DNA from: Patescibacteria group bacterium
GTDB lineage: Bacteria > Patescibacteriota > Patescibacteriia > JAHJFT01
DNA length: 64,000 bases
NCBI GenBank assembly: GCA_028710985.1
Contig: JAQTTB010000001.1
Span: forward strand, 19,280-83,279
Direction: 5' to 3'
Positions 9,594 through 19,178 of the stretch are shown one piece after another. The first letter of the stretch is position 1, and each line of letters starts with the position of its first letter. The translations under genes were made by a program, and so were the position numbers. The notes under the pieces were generated by a model. The model ran no database searches, was not told the origin of the DNA, and worked only from the letters and a program-made list of their open reading frames with translations.

Positions 9594-10712
9594 CTACCAA
9601 AATATAATTAGTCGTGCAATTAAAAAATAAAGATTAAACAACGGATTAGCGATTTTAAGCGCCCAATTATTAATTTCCTGATACTCAATCTTCCCTGTGA
9701 AATGACGAAGCACTTCTTTATCCCCGATACTTCTCGCGCGCGCGATTCTCGCGTGCTTGACGAAGAGATACGGCCAGTGCCACGGCGCGATCATCCAAAG
9801 ATATGCCTTAAGCTTCTCGCGCCACCAGCCGGACTTGATGGAAAAAATAAACTGCCCGAGCTCCATCGCGAGAAAGGCCGGCAGAAACACGAGCTGGGTC
9901 AGAAATTTATAATCGCAAAAATATAAAATAAAACGATTTCGCTCCATCCAGTAATATTTTGAAATACTCCGGCTGAATTCATATTCGTGATACACAACCG
10001 ACCGCGGCGCGAGCACGTTCACGAACCCGCCAAGCCGGAGCCGCCAGCCCAGATCCAGGTCTTCGTGATACGCAAAAAGTTTTTCATCAAAAAGCCCGGC
10101 ATCGCGCAAGGCGCCGATCTTGTATAAAACCCCGGCTCCGGAGCCGTAAGCAATTTCCGGAAGCCCGATAAAATCGCGTTCGCTCCGCGCCGCGCGCGAA
10201 CCGCCGCAAAATCCGAATCCCAGATAATGAATCATGTTGCCCGACGAATTAATGAGTCCGCGCTCGGGCCAGAGCGCGAGCAGAGACTGCACCGAACCGA
10301 TTTTCTGATTTGATTCCGCCGCATCGACGGCATGGCGCAAAAAATCCGGCTCAACCCGCGTATCGTAATTTATTAAATAAACATAATCAAAACCCTGCAC
10401 CTGCCTGCCGGTAGGCAGGGCCATTGCATACTCAATCGCGCGGTTGTTTCCGCCGGCAAAGCCGAGATTCGTGTTCATGGGCATAAAGTGAATCTTCGGC
10501 AGCCCCTGGGGCGGCGACTGCATTATCTCCAGAATGCGCTCGCGCGACCCGTCGGTTGACGCATTGTCAACAATAACAAGCTCAACCGCCTCCCGCGGAT
10601 AATCCAAGAGCGCGAGCGATTCAATCCAGGCATCTAAAAAACGCCGCGCCTTCCAGAGCACGGCGATAATTGCCACTCGTTTTACATCCTGATTATTCAT
10701 GCTTTTTTGCAT
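9594..10712 (-). CDS. Glycosyltransferase family 2
   Basis: The GT2 A-fold N-terminus reads VAIIAVLWKARRFLDAWIESLALLDYPREAVELVIVDNASTDGS, with a DxD-like region further on. I chose the internal Met (MQKSMNNQ) at 10712 as start rather than the ORF-track start at 10838. That Met is the first after the upstream overlap. Confidence 0.75.
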   Translation of the reverse strand: MQKSMNNQDVKRVAIIAVLWKARRFLDAWIESLALLDYPREAVELVIVDNASTDGSRERILEIMQSPPQGLPKIHFMPMNTNLGFAGGNNRAIEYAMALPTGRQVQGFDYVYLINYDTRVEPDFLRHAVDAAESNQKIGSVQSLLALWPERGLINSSGNMIHYLGFGFCGGSRAARSERDFIGLPEIAYGSGAGVLYKIGALRDAGLFDEKLFAYHEDLDLGWRLRLGGFVNVLAPRSVVYHEYEFSRSISKYYWMERNRFILYFCDYKFLTQLVFLPAFLAMELGQFIFSIKSGWWREKLKAYLWMIAPWHWPYLFVKHARIARARSIGDKEVLRHFTGKIEYQEINNWALKIANPLFNLYFLIARLIIFW

Positions 10713-11037
10713 CTTCACTCTTCTCTCCCACCGCGATTTCGCGGGTAATTTTTGTGATATTTTTTTCGATTGACTGAATTTTAATGAATATTCTGAACGC
10801 GAGATAAAATAACAGCACGATTGAAAGATATGTCGCAAGATCCGCGCCGCGCTCGACTCCGAACCAGGCCGCCGCCACGTCGGTTTTCTTTGGGATTACC
10901 GCCGCCGCGCTGACCGCAATCCAAAACAAAAGCCAAACCGCGAGCCATCCGGCGGTAATGTCTTTTGATCGGTACTTGCGGAACGCTCTCCAGGCCGCAA
11001 TCGCCGCAAATAATATAATAACCGCTTGAATTATCAC
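10693..11037 (-). CDS. Small DUF2304-like membrane protein that partners GT2 enzymes
   Basis: It is 114 aa with 3 to 4 TM helices and a charged C-terminal tail. It lies between two GT2 genes and overlaps both, which matches the DUF2304 family context. Confidence 0.55.
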   Translation of the reverse strand: MIIQAVIILFAAIAAWRAFRKYRSKDITAGWLAVWLLFWIAVSAAAVIPKKTDVAAAWFGVERGADLATYLSIVLLFYLAFRIFIKIQSIEKNITKITREIAVGEKSEDAKKHE

Positions 11038-11705
11038 AAAAATTTATTTAATAAATAATCCCAGACTATTTTTAACGAGCCGAGCGATCTCTGTCCTTTC
11101 GCCAGGCTTTCCGGCGTGTATTTAACCGTTACCGGCACTTCGACATATCTTAATTTGTTCCTTCCGATTTCGTCAAGAATTTCCGAAGCGTGAGCCATTC
11201 TGTCCTGGGTAATTTTAATCTTCTCGGCCGCCTCACGGCTCAATGCGCGGAATCCGTTATGCGTGTCTGTGACCCTAAGCCCGGAAGTCAAACGGGTAAA
11301 AATTATACCACCCATAAGCACGAGCTGGCGCAAAGCCGGCACATTGGATTTTTTTCCCAAAAACCGCGAGCCCAGCGCCACATCCGCCCCGCCAAGAATA
11401 ATCGGCTTCACCATCTCGTCAATCTCTTCGGCCAGATGCTGGCCGTCAGCATCATAATGCACGATAATATCCGCGCCCAGGCTCCGGAGAGTGAATTCGG
11501 TACCCGTGGCAAGAGCCGCCCCCTGTCCACGGTTAATCACGTGACGCAGTACCACCGCTCCGGCCGTTCTTGCGACTTCAGCCGTCGCGTCGGTTGAACC
11601 GTCATCAACAACTACGGCGGCATCAATATGCGGCTTTATATCTTCTATGACTTTCGTGATAGAAGCCTCCTCGTTGTAAGCTGGTATTACTGCTACTATT
11701 TTCAT
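11034..11705 (-). CDS. Glycosyltransferase family 2, soluble DPM1/GtrB-like catalytic domain
   Basis: MKIVAVIPAYNEEASITKVIEDI...VVVDDGSTDATAEVAR...IVHYDADGQH is a classic DPM1-like GT2 signature. Length is 223 aa. Confidence 0.82.
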   Translation of the reverse strand: MKIVAVIPAYNEEASITKVIEDIKPHIDAAVVVDDGSTDATAEVARTAGAVVLRHVINRGQGAALATGTEFTLRSLGADIIVHYDADGQHLAEEIDEMVKPIILGGADVALGSRFLGKKSNVPALRQLVLMGGIIFTRLTSGLRVTDTHNGFRALSREAAEKIKITQDRMAHASEILDEIGRNKLRYVEVPVTVKYTPESLAKGQRSLGSLKIVWDYLLNKFL

Positions 11706-11731
11706 AAAACTACTTTCGCATCAATATTATC

Positions 11732-11961
11732 GTCATTCCCGCGAAGGCGGGAATCCAGAAACAGTATACCTTGCGGATTCGATTTATAAACTGTCACACA
11801 AATCACTCCAAAGCGGATTGCAGTCTTCAATGAATTTAATCTTTTAGACCCTTTCCACTTATTGGAGGATGCAAATATAGAACTGCCGATAATCGGACAT
11901 AGCATAAATAAGTAGCCCCGAGATTAATTGGTTGTGGATTCCCGCCTTCGCGGGAATGACA
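11732..11961. repeat. REP/BIME-like element: two inverted copies of a 26-bp hairpin motif flanking about 180 bp
   Basis: GTCATTCCCGCGAAGGCGGGAATCCA at 11732-11757 and its inverted copy GGATTCCCGCCTTCGCGGGAATGAC at 11937-11961 flank the region. The same motif recurs at 43.24 kb and 57.17-57.25 kb. Confidence 0.7.
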
Positions 11962-11964
11962 GTT

Positions 11965-12978
11965 CTAAATCCCAACCAACCCCTTCTGCACCCTTGAAAA
12001 ATCAATCGTCTTTTGAAGGCCCTCCTCAAGCCGCACGAGCGGAATCCAGTCTAGCCTCTCTTTGGCTTTGGTGATATCCGGAAGCCCAAGTTCGGTCATG
12101 AAAAGAAGCGGGGGTTCATGTTTGATTTCCGAGGATGAATTCACCATGGCGATTATTTTCTTTGCCACGTCGGCGAGCAGGAAATCCTGGTCCGATCCGA
12201 GATTCACGGGCCCGATATCCGCCGGCGCCTGCATCAGGCGCTTCAGCCCGTCAACAATATCCGAGACAAAACACAGGCTTGTTTTAAAACTTTCATCGCC
12301 GTAAATAACCAGTTCTTTGCCGTCAAGCGCGTCGGTGATAAAATCCGGTATCATCTGGCCGTCAAAAAGTTTCATGCGCGGCCCGTAGGTGCGGAAGATA
12401 CGCGCAATTTTCGCGTCGATCCCAAAAACTTGACTATAAGTCGCGACCATTGCTTCAGCGAAGCGCTTTCCCTCATCATAACAGGCGCGAGGCGAAATGG
12501 TTGAAACCCCGCCGATTTCATCTTCCCGAAAAGAAAGATGCTCTTCTTTGCGCCCTCCATAAATTACCGAACTGGATGTAAAGAGAAATTTTGCTTTGTA
12601 CTTCACCGCGATATCCAGGGCGTGCCTTGTTCCGACCGAGTTGGAAAGCGCGGTCTGCAGCTTAAATTCATCAAATCGTTTCGCCGATGTCGGACAGGCC
12701 AGATGATAAACTTCCTGAATTCCCTGAAAACGCAATTTGAACCTCTCAAGCTCGGGAAATGATTCCAGATCAAACGGTTCGTTGGTATCCAGCCGCAGAA
12801 ATTCAAAATCCGGATTCTGCATCAACCGGTCAATGTTTGATTCCGAGCTCGTCACAAAATTATCAATACAAATAACCTTGGCTTCATCCAAAAGCGACTC
12901 GCAGAGGTGTGAACCGATAAATCCGGCCCCGCCGGTGACAAGCACATTTTTCTTCTCAAATATGGGCGAAATTGGCAT
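11965..12978 (-). CDS. NAD-dependent epimerase/dehydratase, UDP-glucuronate decarboxylase (UXS)-like
   Basis: Has VLVTGGAGFIGSHLCESLL, a catalytic YxxxK region (CYDEGKRFAEAM), and extended-SDR length. Confidence 0.7.
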   Translation of the reverse strand: MPISPIFEKKNVLVTGGAGFIGSHLCESLLDEAKVICIDNFVTSSESNIDRLMQNPDFEFLRLDTNEPFDLESFPELERFKLRFQGIQEVYHLACPTSAKRFDEFKLQTALSNSVGTRHALDIAVKYKAKFLFTSSSVIYGGRKEEHLSFREDEIGGVSTISPRACYDEGKRFAEAMVATYSQVFGIDAKIARIFRTYGPRMKLFDGQMIPDFITDALDGKELVIYGDESFKTSLCFVSDIVDGLKRLMQAPADIGPVNLGSDQDFLLADVAKKIIAMVNSSSEIKHEPPLLFMTELGLPDITKAKERLDWIPLVRLEEGLQKTIDFSRVQKGLVGI

Positions 12979-13096
12979 AATTTTTGTATTTATTTTATCA
13001 AGTTTATATGTATATTTTAGACGAAATCACGCTTTTTGGCAAGGAGCGAGAATAATAATAAAACGAGCCGATTAAAGCCCGCTTTGTTCCATTGTT

Positions 13097-13552
13097 CTAT
13101 TGTTTTATTGTTCTCTTAAAAATGAATATTTTCTGAAAAAAGAAATTAATAAAATAGAGAATGGCATACACCACAAATTTTGCCGCCACGTCCCAGATTC
13201 CGAGGTAATGCACCGTGACAAACAGCAGGCCTTCGCCGATCAAAAAAACCACAAGCGCGTTAATCCAATAAACCGCATACTGCCTGACCACGCGCTTATC
13301 CGTATCGCCGAAAGTATAAGTCTTGTTAAACCAATAACCCACGATCGCGCCGAGCGTCATGCTCACAAAATTCGCCAAAAGATAATGTATGCCGAAAATT
13401 TTTGTGAGCAATAGATACGTCCCAAAATCAACGCCGGTCGCCCCGGTCCCCACGATCGTGAACCGCCACAGCTGTTTGATGGTTTGAAAAAGATTTGATT
13501 TTTGAGATATATTTTTGAGATTTGAGATTTGAGATTTGAGATTATCTTCCAT
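13097..13552 (-). CDS. GtrA-family membrane protein
   Basis: It is 151 aa with 4 TM helices. The N-terminal block RFTIVGTGATGVDFGTYLLL and the central block NFVSMTLGAIVGYWFNKTYTF are typical of GtrA. Confidence 0.7.
   Translation of the reverse strand: MEDNLKSQISNLKNISQKSNLFQTIKQLWRFTIVGTGATGVDFGTYLLLTKIFGIHYLLANFVSMTLGAIVGYWFNKTYTFGDTDKRVVRQYAVYWINALVVFLIGEGLLFVTVHYLGIWDVAAKFVVYAILYFINFFFQKIFIFKRTIKQ
13517..13543. repeat. About 3.5 tandem copies of the heptamer GAGATTT within the first 15 codons of the GtrA gene
   Basis: Visible directly as gagatttgagatttgagatttgagatt. The unit length is not a multiple of three. Confidence 0.7.
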
Positions 13553-13613
13553 ACTCTTGAAATTTTATCTAATATTAGTTAATATATGCCCACAAGCACA
13601 TATATTATCTCCT

Positions 13614-14993
13614 ATGACCGACACCATTGTCAAAGTAAAGAAAGCCCTGCTCGTGCTCGGCGACCTCGCGGCCGCCTATTCTTCGCTTTATCTTACCCTG
13701 CTTTTACGCTACCGCGACGGCCTGAATCTTGAAGCCTGGCAGAGCCATCTCGTCCCGTTCACCGCAATTTACCTTGCCTGGATTGTGGTATTTTTTATAA
13801 GCGACCTTTATAACCTGAACACCGCGCGAAACACCGTGGATTTCCGCCGACGCTTCTTCCAGGCTCTGGCAATCAACGCCCTGATCGCGGTCGCCTTCTT
13901 CTACCTCAATCCCGCCGTCGCTATTGCGCCAAAAACCAACCTTATTATCAACATCGCAGTTTTTGCGATTCTCGCCTACTTTTGGCGCGCGATTTTCAAC
14001 CTCGCGGCTTCACATTCAATTTTCGCGAACCGCGTGCTCTTTATTGGTTCACAGAAAAAATTTCAAGACATCATGCCCGACCTCGCACGAGGCGCCTATC
14101 ACGACTGGAAGGTCGTTGCCGTTGTCGACCCGCAGGAGATTAAAGAATACCGCCGCGACAACGTCAGTTTTTATAAAAACACCACCCCGCTTTCCGAAAT
14201 CATTAACCAGGAAAAAATCAGCACCATCGTGCTCGGCCTCTCCCCGGAAGAGCACCCGCGTCTCGGAAGAGAACTCTACGACTGTATCTTTGCCCATTCA
14301 ATCGCAGTCGTGAATTTGCCGAAATTTTATGAAATCGTCACCCAGCGCCTGCCGGCCGATTTGCTTTCAGAATACTGGTTTTTGGAAAATATCAAAGAAA
14401 TGGACAAAAAATTCCACGACTCGGCAAAGGCCATCGCCGATATCGCCCTCTCAATCGCCTTTGGCGCATTTTTCCTCGCCACCCTACCGATTATCGCGGC
14501 CGCGACACTGATCGACAGCGGCTGGCCAATTTTTTACACCCAGAACCGCGTCGGCCGCCGAGGCAAAATTTTCAAAATCATCAAATACCGCACCATGTAC
14601 CGCGATGCCGAGCTCCAGGGCGCGCTCTGGGCTAAGCGCAACGATGCACGCATTACCCGCGTCGGCCGCTTGCTCCGCAAAACCCGGCTGGACGAACTGC
14701 CGCAGATTATCAATGTCCTCAAGACCGACATGAGCTTCATTGGCCCGCGGCCGGAACGCCCGGAATTTGTAGCTGATTTGGAACGCATGATGCCGTTCTA
14801 CGCTCTCCGCCACTTAACCCGGCCCGGACTCACCGGTTGGGCGCAAATCAATTATGAATACGCCGCGAGCTACGAGGAAAATTTGAAAAAACTACAATAC
14901 GATTTATACTATATCAAGAACCGGTCACTCCTCTTGGACTTTAAAATACTTTTAAAGACCGCCGGGATTGTAATAAGCAGGAAGGGGCAATAA
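13614..14993 (+). CDS. Polyprenyl-phosphate sugar phosphotransferase, WbaP/EpsL-type initiating bacterial sugar transferase
   Basis: N-terminal TM helices are followed by a C-terminal Bac_transf domain (TDMSFIGPRPERPEF...LRHLTRPGLTGWAQINYEYAASYEENLKKLQYDLYYIKNRSLLLDFKIL). I set the start at MTDTIVK (13614) rather than 13536. Confidence 0.85.
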   Translation: MTDTIVKVKKALLVLGDLAAAYSSLYLTLLLRYRDGLNLEAWQSHLVPFTAIYLAWIVVFFISDLYNLNTARNTVDFRRRFFQALAINALIAVAFFYLNPAVAIAPKTNLIINIAVFAILAYFWRAIFNLAASHSIFANRVLFIGSQKKFQDIMPDLARGAYHDWKVVAVVDPQEIKEYRRDNVSFYKNTTPLSEIINQEKISTIVLGLSPEEHPRLGRELYDCIFAHSIAVVNLPKFYEIVTQRLPADLLSEYWFLENIKEMDKKFHDSAKAIADIALSIAFGAFFLATLPIIAAATLIDSGWPIFYTQNRVGRRGKIFKIIKYRTMYRDAELQGALWAKRNDARITRVGRLLRKTRLDELPQIINVLKTDMSFIGPRPERPEFVADLERMMPFYALRHLTRPGLTGWAQINYEYAASYEENLKKLQYDLYYIKNRSLLLDFKILLKTAGIVISRKGQ

Positions 14994-15002
14994 AAAAATA
15001 AC

Positions 15003-15036
15003 AAAAAATAGGTGTTTGCAGACACCTATTTTTTTA
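15003..15036. terminator. Bidirectional rho-independent terminator between convergent genes
   Basis: AAAAAATAGGTGTTTGCAGACACCTATTTTTTT has a 9-bp stem flanked by an A-run and a T-run. Confidence 0.75.
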
Positions 15037-15038
15037 CA

Positions 15039-15956
15039 CTATTTATTTTCCAATCCCCACCGTTCAAACAAATCTTTCATCCCGTCGATGAACTTTACCT
15101 GCGGCTCCCAGCCAAGAAGTTCTTTGGCGCGCCGGATGTCCGCCCGCGTATGCTTGGCCTCAATGCGCGGCGGCAAAAATACTTTTTCCCCGCCGAACAT
15201 GGCCGCGATTTCATTGACCGAATGGTTATCTTCGGCACCGATATTTATCACTTCGCCTTTCCCCACCTTCATGGATTCAAGCGCTAGAATATTGGCGTTA
15301 ACCACATCGTTTATATGCGTAAAATCGCGCGTCTGCTCACCGTCGCCGATTATGGTCAAGGGTTTACCGGCGTCATAGAGCTGCTTAAAAATACTCATTA
15401 CCGTCACATAGGCCCCCTTATCCGCCATGCCCTGGCCATAGACATTAAAATAACGTAAAGAAACCGTAGGTAGTTTGTAGATATTGGCAAAAATTTTCGC
15501 GTACAGCTCACCAATGTATTTCTGAAGGCCATATGGATGCATCGGTTGAGCCGGCAGTCCTTCGTGGAGCGGCAATGTCTCCTGCTCGCCATAAGCCGAT
15601 GACGAGGCGGAATAAACTAACTTCTTGACACCCGCATCACGGGCCGCGATTAACACGTTCAATGTTCCACCAACATTTGCTTCGTGCGTCTCCTGCGGCT
15701 TCTCGATTGAAAGCGGCACCCTCGGAAGAGCCGCGACGTGAAAAACCCCCTCAACGCCAGTAAAGTGCGGCTTTATCTCATCAAGTTTAGTTATATCGGC
15801 AAACACAAATTCCGCATCCGGATGCAAATTTTCTTTTTTACCGGTAGACAAATTATCAATAATCTTCACGGCGTAGCCGCGGCTGATTAATTCTTTTACC
15901 AAATTATGGCCGATAAATCCCGCGCCGCCAGTGACTAAAACTTTTTTATAATTCAT
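15039..15956 (-). CDS. NAD-dependent epimerase/dehydratase, UDP-sugar 4-epimerase-like
   Basis: Has VLVTGGAGFIGHNLVKELISRGYAV and a YSASSSAYG / YxxxK region. Length is 305 aa. Confidence 0.75.
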   Translation of the reverse strand: MNYKKVLVTGGAGFIGHNLVKELISRGYAVKIIDNLSTGKKENLHPDAEFVFADITKLDEIKPHFTGVEGVFHVAALPRVPLSIEKPQETHEANVGGTLNVLIAARDAGVKKLVYSASSSAYGEQETLPLHEGLPAQPMHPYGLQKYIGELYAKIFANIYKLPTVSLRYFNVYGQGMADKGAYVTVMSIFKQLYDAGKPLTIIGDGEQTRDFTHINDVVNANILALESMKVGKGEVINIGAEDNHSVNEIAAMFGGEKVFLPPRIEAKHTRADIRRAKELLGWEPQVKFIDGMKDLFERWGLENK

Positions 15957-16054
15957 ATTACCGATCTTTATTTATTTAAATTATTGTAGCATAGACTGAA
16001 TCTTTTGACAAGGGCGGCTAATTCGGATAAAATATTGAATATTCATAAAGACCC

Positions 16055-17308
16055 ATGGAAATCAAATTAATAAAAATCGCTGAAAAATTTTTCAAAACCG
16101 ACATTAATTATTTAATTAAGGGCGGCTTTTGGCTTACTTCCGGGCAAATCCTTACTTCGCTGTCATCTCTAATTTTAGCAATCGCTTTTGCCAATTTGCT
16201 GGAAAGAGAATCTTATGGCACCTATAGATATATTCTTTCCGCAATCGGCATCATTTCGCTCTTTACTCTTCCGGGAATAAATACCTCTTTGATAAGATCG
16301 ATAGCGAATAATTTTTCCGGATCCTACCTGAAGGCAATTAAGACAAAGTTTAAATTTTCACTGATTGCCACTATAGCTTGCTTAATAGTCGGAATATATT
16401 ATTTTTATTGCCAAAATAATGAAATTGCCTTTTGTTTCTTTATTATTGCATCCATTATCCCTTTCAATAAATCATCCGAACTCTATTTGTCTGTACTGAA
16501 CGGCCAGAAAAGATTTAAACTCTATACTATTCTATATGCGAGTTCAAATATTATTGCAACGTTGTCAATAATCTTAACTTTATTTTTCACGGATAGTTTA
16601 GCGCTAATTTTAACGTCGTATTTCTTATCTTATACGATCCTGCAATTAATATTTTCTTTGTACGTAAAAAAATACCTAAACAACAATGAGGCTGATAATA
16701 CCGTTGAATATGGCATTCATTTGAGCATAATGGATGTAATCAAAACGATCGCCGGACATCTCGACAGGATACTCATATTCAACGCAATGGGACCGTTAGA
16801 GGTGGCTATTTACTCTTTTGCCGTTGTCCCGCATAGCCAGGCAAAAAGTTTCCTCGAAAATATTAAAGTCCTCGCTTTCCCCAAACTTAGCGCGTCCAAC
16901 GAGGAGGATATAAGAAAATTTTTACCAAAAAAAATTCTAAAAATGGAGCTCATAATCGCAATCTTGGTAATCATCTACATCTTCGCCGCTCCGACCCTAT
17001 TCCAAATATTTCTCCCGAAATACATGGATTCGGTCCTCTATTCCCAAGTGTACTTTATCTCGTTGATATTTTTCCCAAGAACAATTTTATCTACCGCAAT
17101 GACCGCAAAAATAAAAAAGAAAGAACTTTATTCCATAAGAATCCTCAGTCCAATACTAAGAATTATACTGATGGTCGTCGGATTAAAATTCTTTCAACTT
17201 TGGGGCGTACTCGTCGCGGGTATGGCGGCAAATGCGCTCATGATGTTAATCTACGGCTATTACTTTAAAAAAGCATTCAAGCAAATCACTTATCAATCAT
17301 CTCTCTAG
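16055..17308 (+). CDS. Oligosaccharide flippase, Wzx / MOP superfamily
   Basis: It is 417 aa with about 12 TM helices. The N-terminus KGGFWLTSGQILTSLSSLILAIAFANLL is typical of polysaccharide biosynthesis (Wzx-like) proteins. This is the first gene of the AT-rich block. Confidence 0.7.
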   Translation: MEIKLIKIAEKFFKTDINYLIKGGFWLTSGQILTSLSSLILAIAFANLLERESYGTYRYILSAIGIISLFTLPGINTSLIRSIANNFSGSYLKAIKTKFKFSLIATIACLIVGIYYFYCQNNEIAFCFFIIASIIPFNKSSELYLSVLNGQKRFKLYTILYASSNIIATLSIILTLFFTDSLALILTSYFLSYTILQLIFSLYVKKYLNNNEADNTVEYGIHLSIMDVIKTIAGHLDRILIFNAMGPLEVAIYSFAVVPHSQAKSFLENIKVLAFPKLSASNEEDIRKFLPKKILKMELIIAILVIIYIFAAPTLFQIFLPKYMDSVLYSQVYFISLIFFPRTILSTAMTAKIKKKELYSIRILSPILRIILMVVGLKFFQLWGVLVAGMAANALMMLIYGYYFKKAFKQITYQSSL

Positions 17309-18071
17309 AAAAAAGACTGTTGCGGGGATATATCAGCAAGATCTGAAATAGCAAATATACTATCGAAAAAATGATATATAGACCATACATCCATACTCCA
17401 TATCTAATATCGTACAAGCAAACCAATAATATCAATAAATACCATATCCATACGAAGTCGTAGATCATACTTACCGAATAGTTAAGAAATTTCATAAAAA
17501 CCTTTTTACCCGTAAAGAGGTTTTTATTATAATCCCTGAGGACATCCTGATGATTTTCAAGAGTAACTTTATATTTGATATGATGCCTCAACTTACCTAG
17601 CATTTTATAGTTAGTGAGCAATATGGAAAAAACAATGCTCGAAATTAATATCAGCATGTTCTGCGTAAGAACATAAAGAAAAACGCCCGTAGAAAAAGTC
17701 AAGGCAAACGGATAATAGAAATGAAATAATATCTCGTAATATATTCCCCTCTGAGTATAATGCTCACGATATCGGGCAATACCACCGTCTACCTTATCCA
17801 ACATTGATGATATTCTCATCAAAATAAGCTGGATAAAATATATCCAGAAAGGATCTACGGCAAATAACAGTAAATTAATAAAAAGGGAGATAATCAATAA
17901 CGCCACATTCAAAACGGACACGAAGTTGGGCGAAATTTTTGGAAAAATATTTAACAAAATAAATGTTATATACAAGGCCAGATAGCGTTCTGCGCGGTAT
18001 ATAATACCGCTCTTTTTTATTTTTTCCTGCTTGCCCAAGAAACATTTATCCCTCAGCTCAGAAAATGTCAT
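17286..18071 (-). CDS. Polytopic membrane protein with a partial CDP-alcohol phosphatidyltransferase-like motif
   Basis: DKVDGGIARYREHYTQRGIYYE resembles the D-G-x2-A-R-x8-G-x3 core of the CDP-OH transferase motif, but the final Asp is not evident. It has multiple TM helices and is very AT-rich. Confidence 0.35.
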   Translation of the reverse strand: MTFSELRDKCFLGKQEKIKKSGIIYRAERYLALYITFILLNIFPKISPNFVSVLNVALLIISLFINLLLFAVDPFWIYFIQLILMRISSMLDKVDGGIARYREHYTQRGIYYEILFHFYYPFALTFSTGVFLYVLTQNMLILISSIVFSILLTNYKMLGKLRHHIKYKVTLENHQDVLRDYNKNLFTGKKVFMKFLNYSVSMIYDFVWIWYLLILLVCLYDIRYGVWMYGLYIIFSIVYLLFQILLIYPRNSLFSREMIDK

Positions 18072-19177
18072 ATAAATTTAAATAATTTAATTAGTTTATC
18101 CGTCTGCTGTGATAAGGAAAAATTATCACGGACATGGGAAAATGCCGCCATCCCCATTTTATTTCTAGTTTCACTATCCAGCATTTTCTTTATAGCATTA
18201 CTGATTTGATCTTCATTGCCACGCTCAATAATAAACCCATTCACATTATCAAGCACTATCTTATTTATTCCCCCTACGGCAGTTGAAATAACCGGCAATC
18301 CACATGACATGGCCTCCAGTACGGCATTTGGACAACCCTCATTTTTAGAGTATAAAATAAAAATATCGGCCAATAGATACTGTTCTTTTAATTCCTCTCT
18401 ATCCAATAAACCGGTAAAAATAACTTTTTCTGCCAGCCCTAAATCAAGCGCAATTTTTTCGAAATGCTGCCGCAATTGACCCTCGCCGACGAGAACAAGT
18501 CTGGCGATAGGCAGACCCCGATCCACCATTTTTTTAAAAAAATAAATTAATTGTTCCTGGCCCTTGTTCTCATTTTTCATCGAGCCCACATTCAATAACG
18601 TTACCCGGTCAATTTTTTTACCTTTTCTTAATTCCCCCAATGCTCCTTCGGATATTTCAATTTCGACTCCATTATTAATAACAATCATCCGGTTTCGATA
18701 GAATGGCTGATACTTGACTAGGCTGTTCATTACTTCTTCTGAAACGGCGATTATCCTATAGCAACAAAAATTTAAAAAAACATCGATTATCCTTAAAAAC
18801 AAACTCTTTCGATCCGCCATCCCCGATTCTCGAATTAAAACCCTCAGCCTCGGATTAAAAATTTTCAAAAGTCTAGCAACGACGTTCGCCACATCTAGGG
18901 TAGAATAAACAAATTTTATATTGTTAGTTTTCACAAAAAGCAGGGTTCGATAAAATGATCTAACGTCAAATAAATACTTAAAATTAAAACTCACTACTTC
19001 ATTTTTTATTCGTAATTTGGAAACGAAGGTCTGTTCGGCGCGAAAAATCGTAGCAAAAAAAATATTAAATCCCTGCGCCGATAAATAGTTAGCCTGTTTT
19101 ATAAAATAAGTTTCGGCGCCGCCGACACCCAATCCGTTTATCAAAAGTAATATATTTTTAGTTGCAGATTCTTTCAT
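18068..19177 (-). CDS. Glycosyltransferase family 4
   Basis: LLINGLGVGGAETYFIKQANYLSAQG is typical of GT4. The C-terminus reads VLVGEGQLRQHFEK...ILYSKNEGCPNAVLEAMSCGLPVIST. Confidence 0.8.
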   Translation of the reverse strand: MKESATKNILLLINGLGVGGAETYFIKQANYLSAQGFNIFFATIFRAEQTFVSKLRIKNEVVSFNFKYLFDVRSFYRTLLFVKTNNIKFVYSTLDVANVVARLLKIFNPRLRVLIRESGMADRKSLFLRIIDVFLNFCCYRIIAVSEEVMNSLVKYQPFYRNRMIVINNGVEIEISEGALGELRKGKKIDRVTLLNVGSMKNENKGQEQLIYFFKKMVDRGLPIARLVLVGEGQLRQHFEKIALDLGLAEKVIFTGLLDREELKEQYLLADIFILYSKNEGCPNAVLEAMSCGLPVISTAVGGINKIVLDNVNGFIIERGNEDQISNAIKKMLDSETRNKMGMAAFSHVRDNFSLSQQTDKLIKLFKFI

Positions 19178-19178
19178 A

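Noticed and set aside
11702-11905. Small ORFs crossing the REP hairpins (11702..11905, 43088..43414 group, 57061..57412 group), whose products contain RLRGND
   Set aside because: The RLRGND / AGIQ peptides are simply translations of the GGATTCCCGCCTTCGCGGGAATGAC palindrome. The ORFs lie wholly within repeat arrays and have no start context. I treat them as non-coding.
9092-13543. Short tandem repeats (TTGTTCTT x4, GAGATTT x3.5) as a possible CRISPR array
   Set aside because: The units are 7 to 8 nt, directly abutting with no spacers, and inside coding sequence. No CRISPR-like repeat-spacer array and no cas genes are present in the window.
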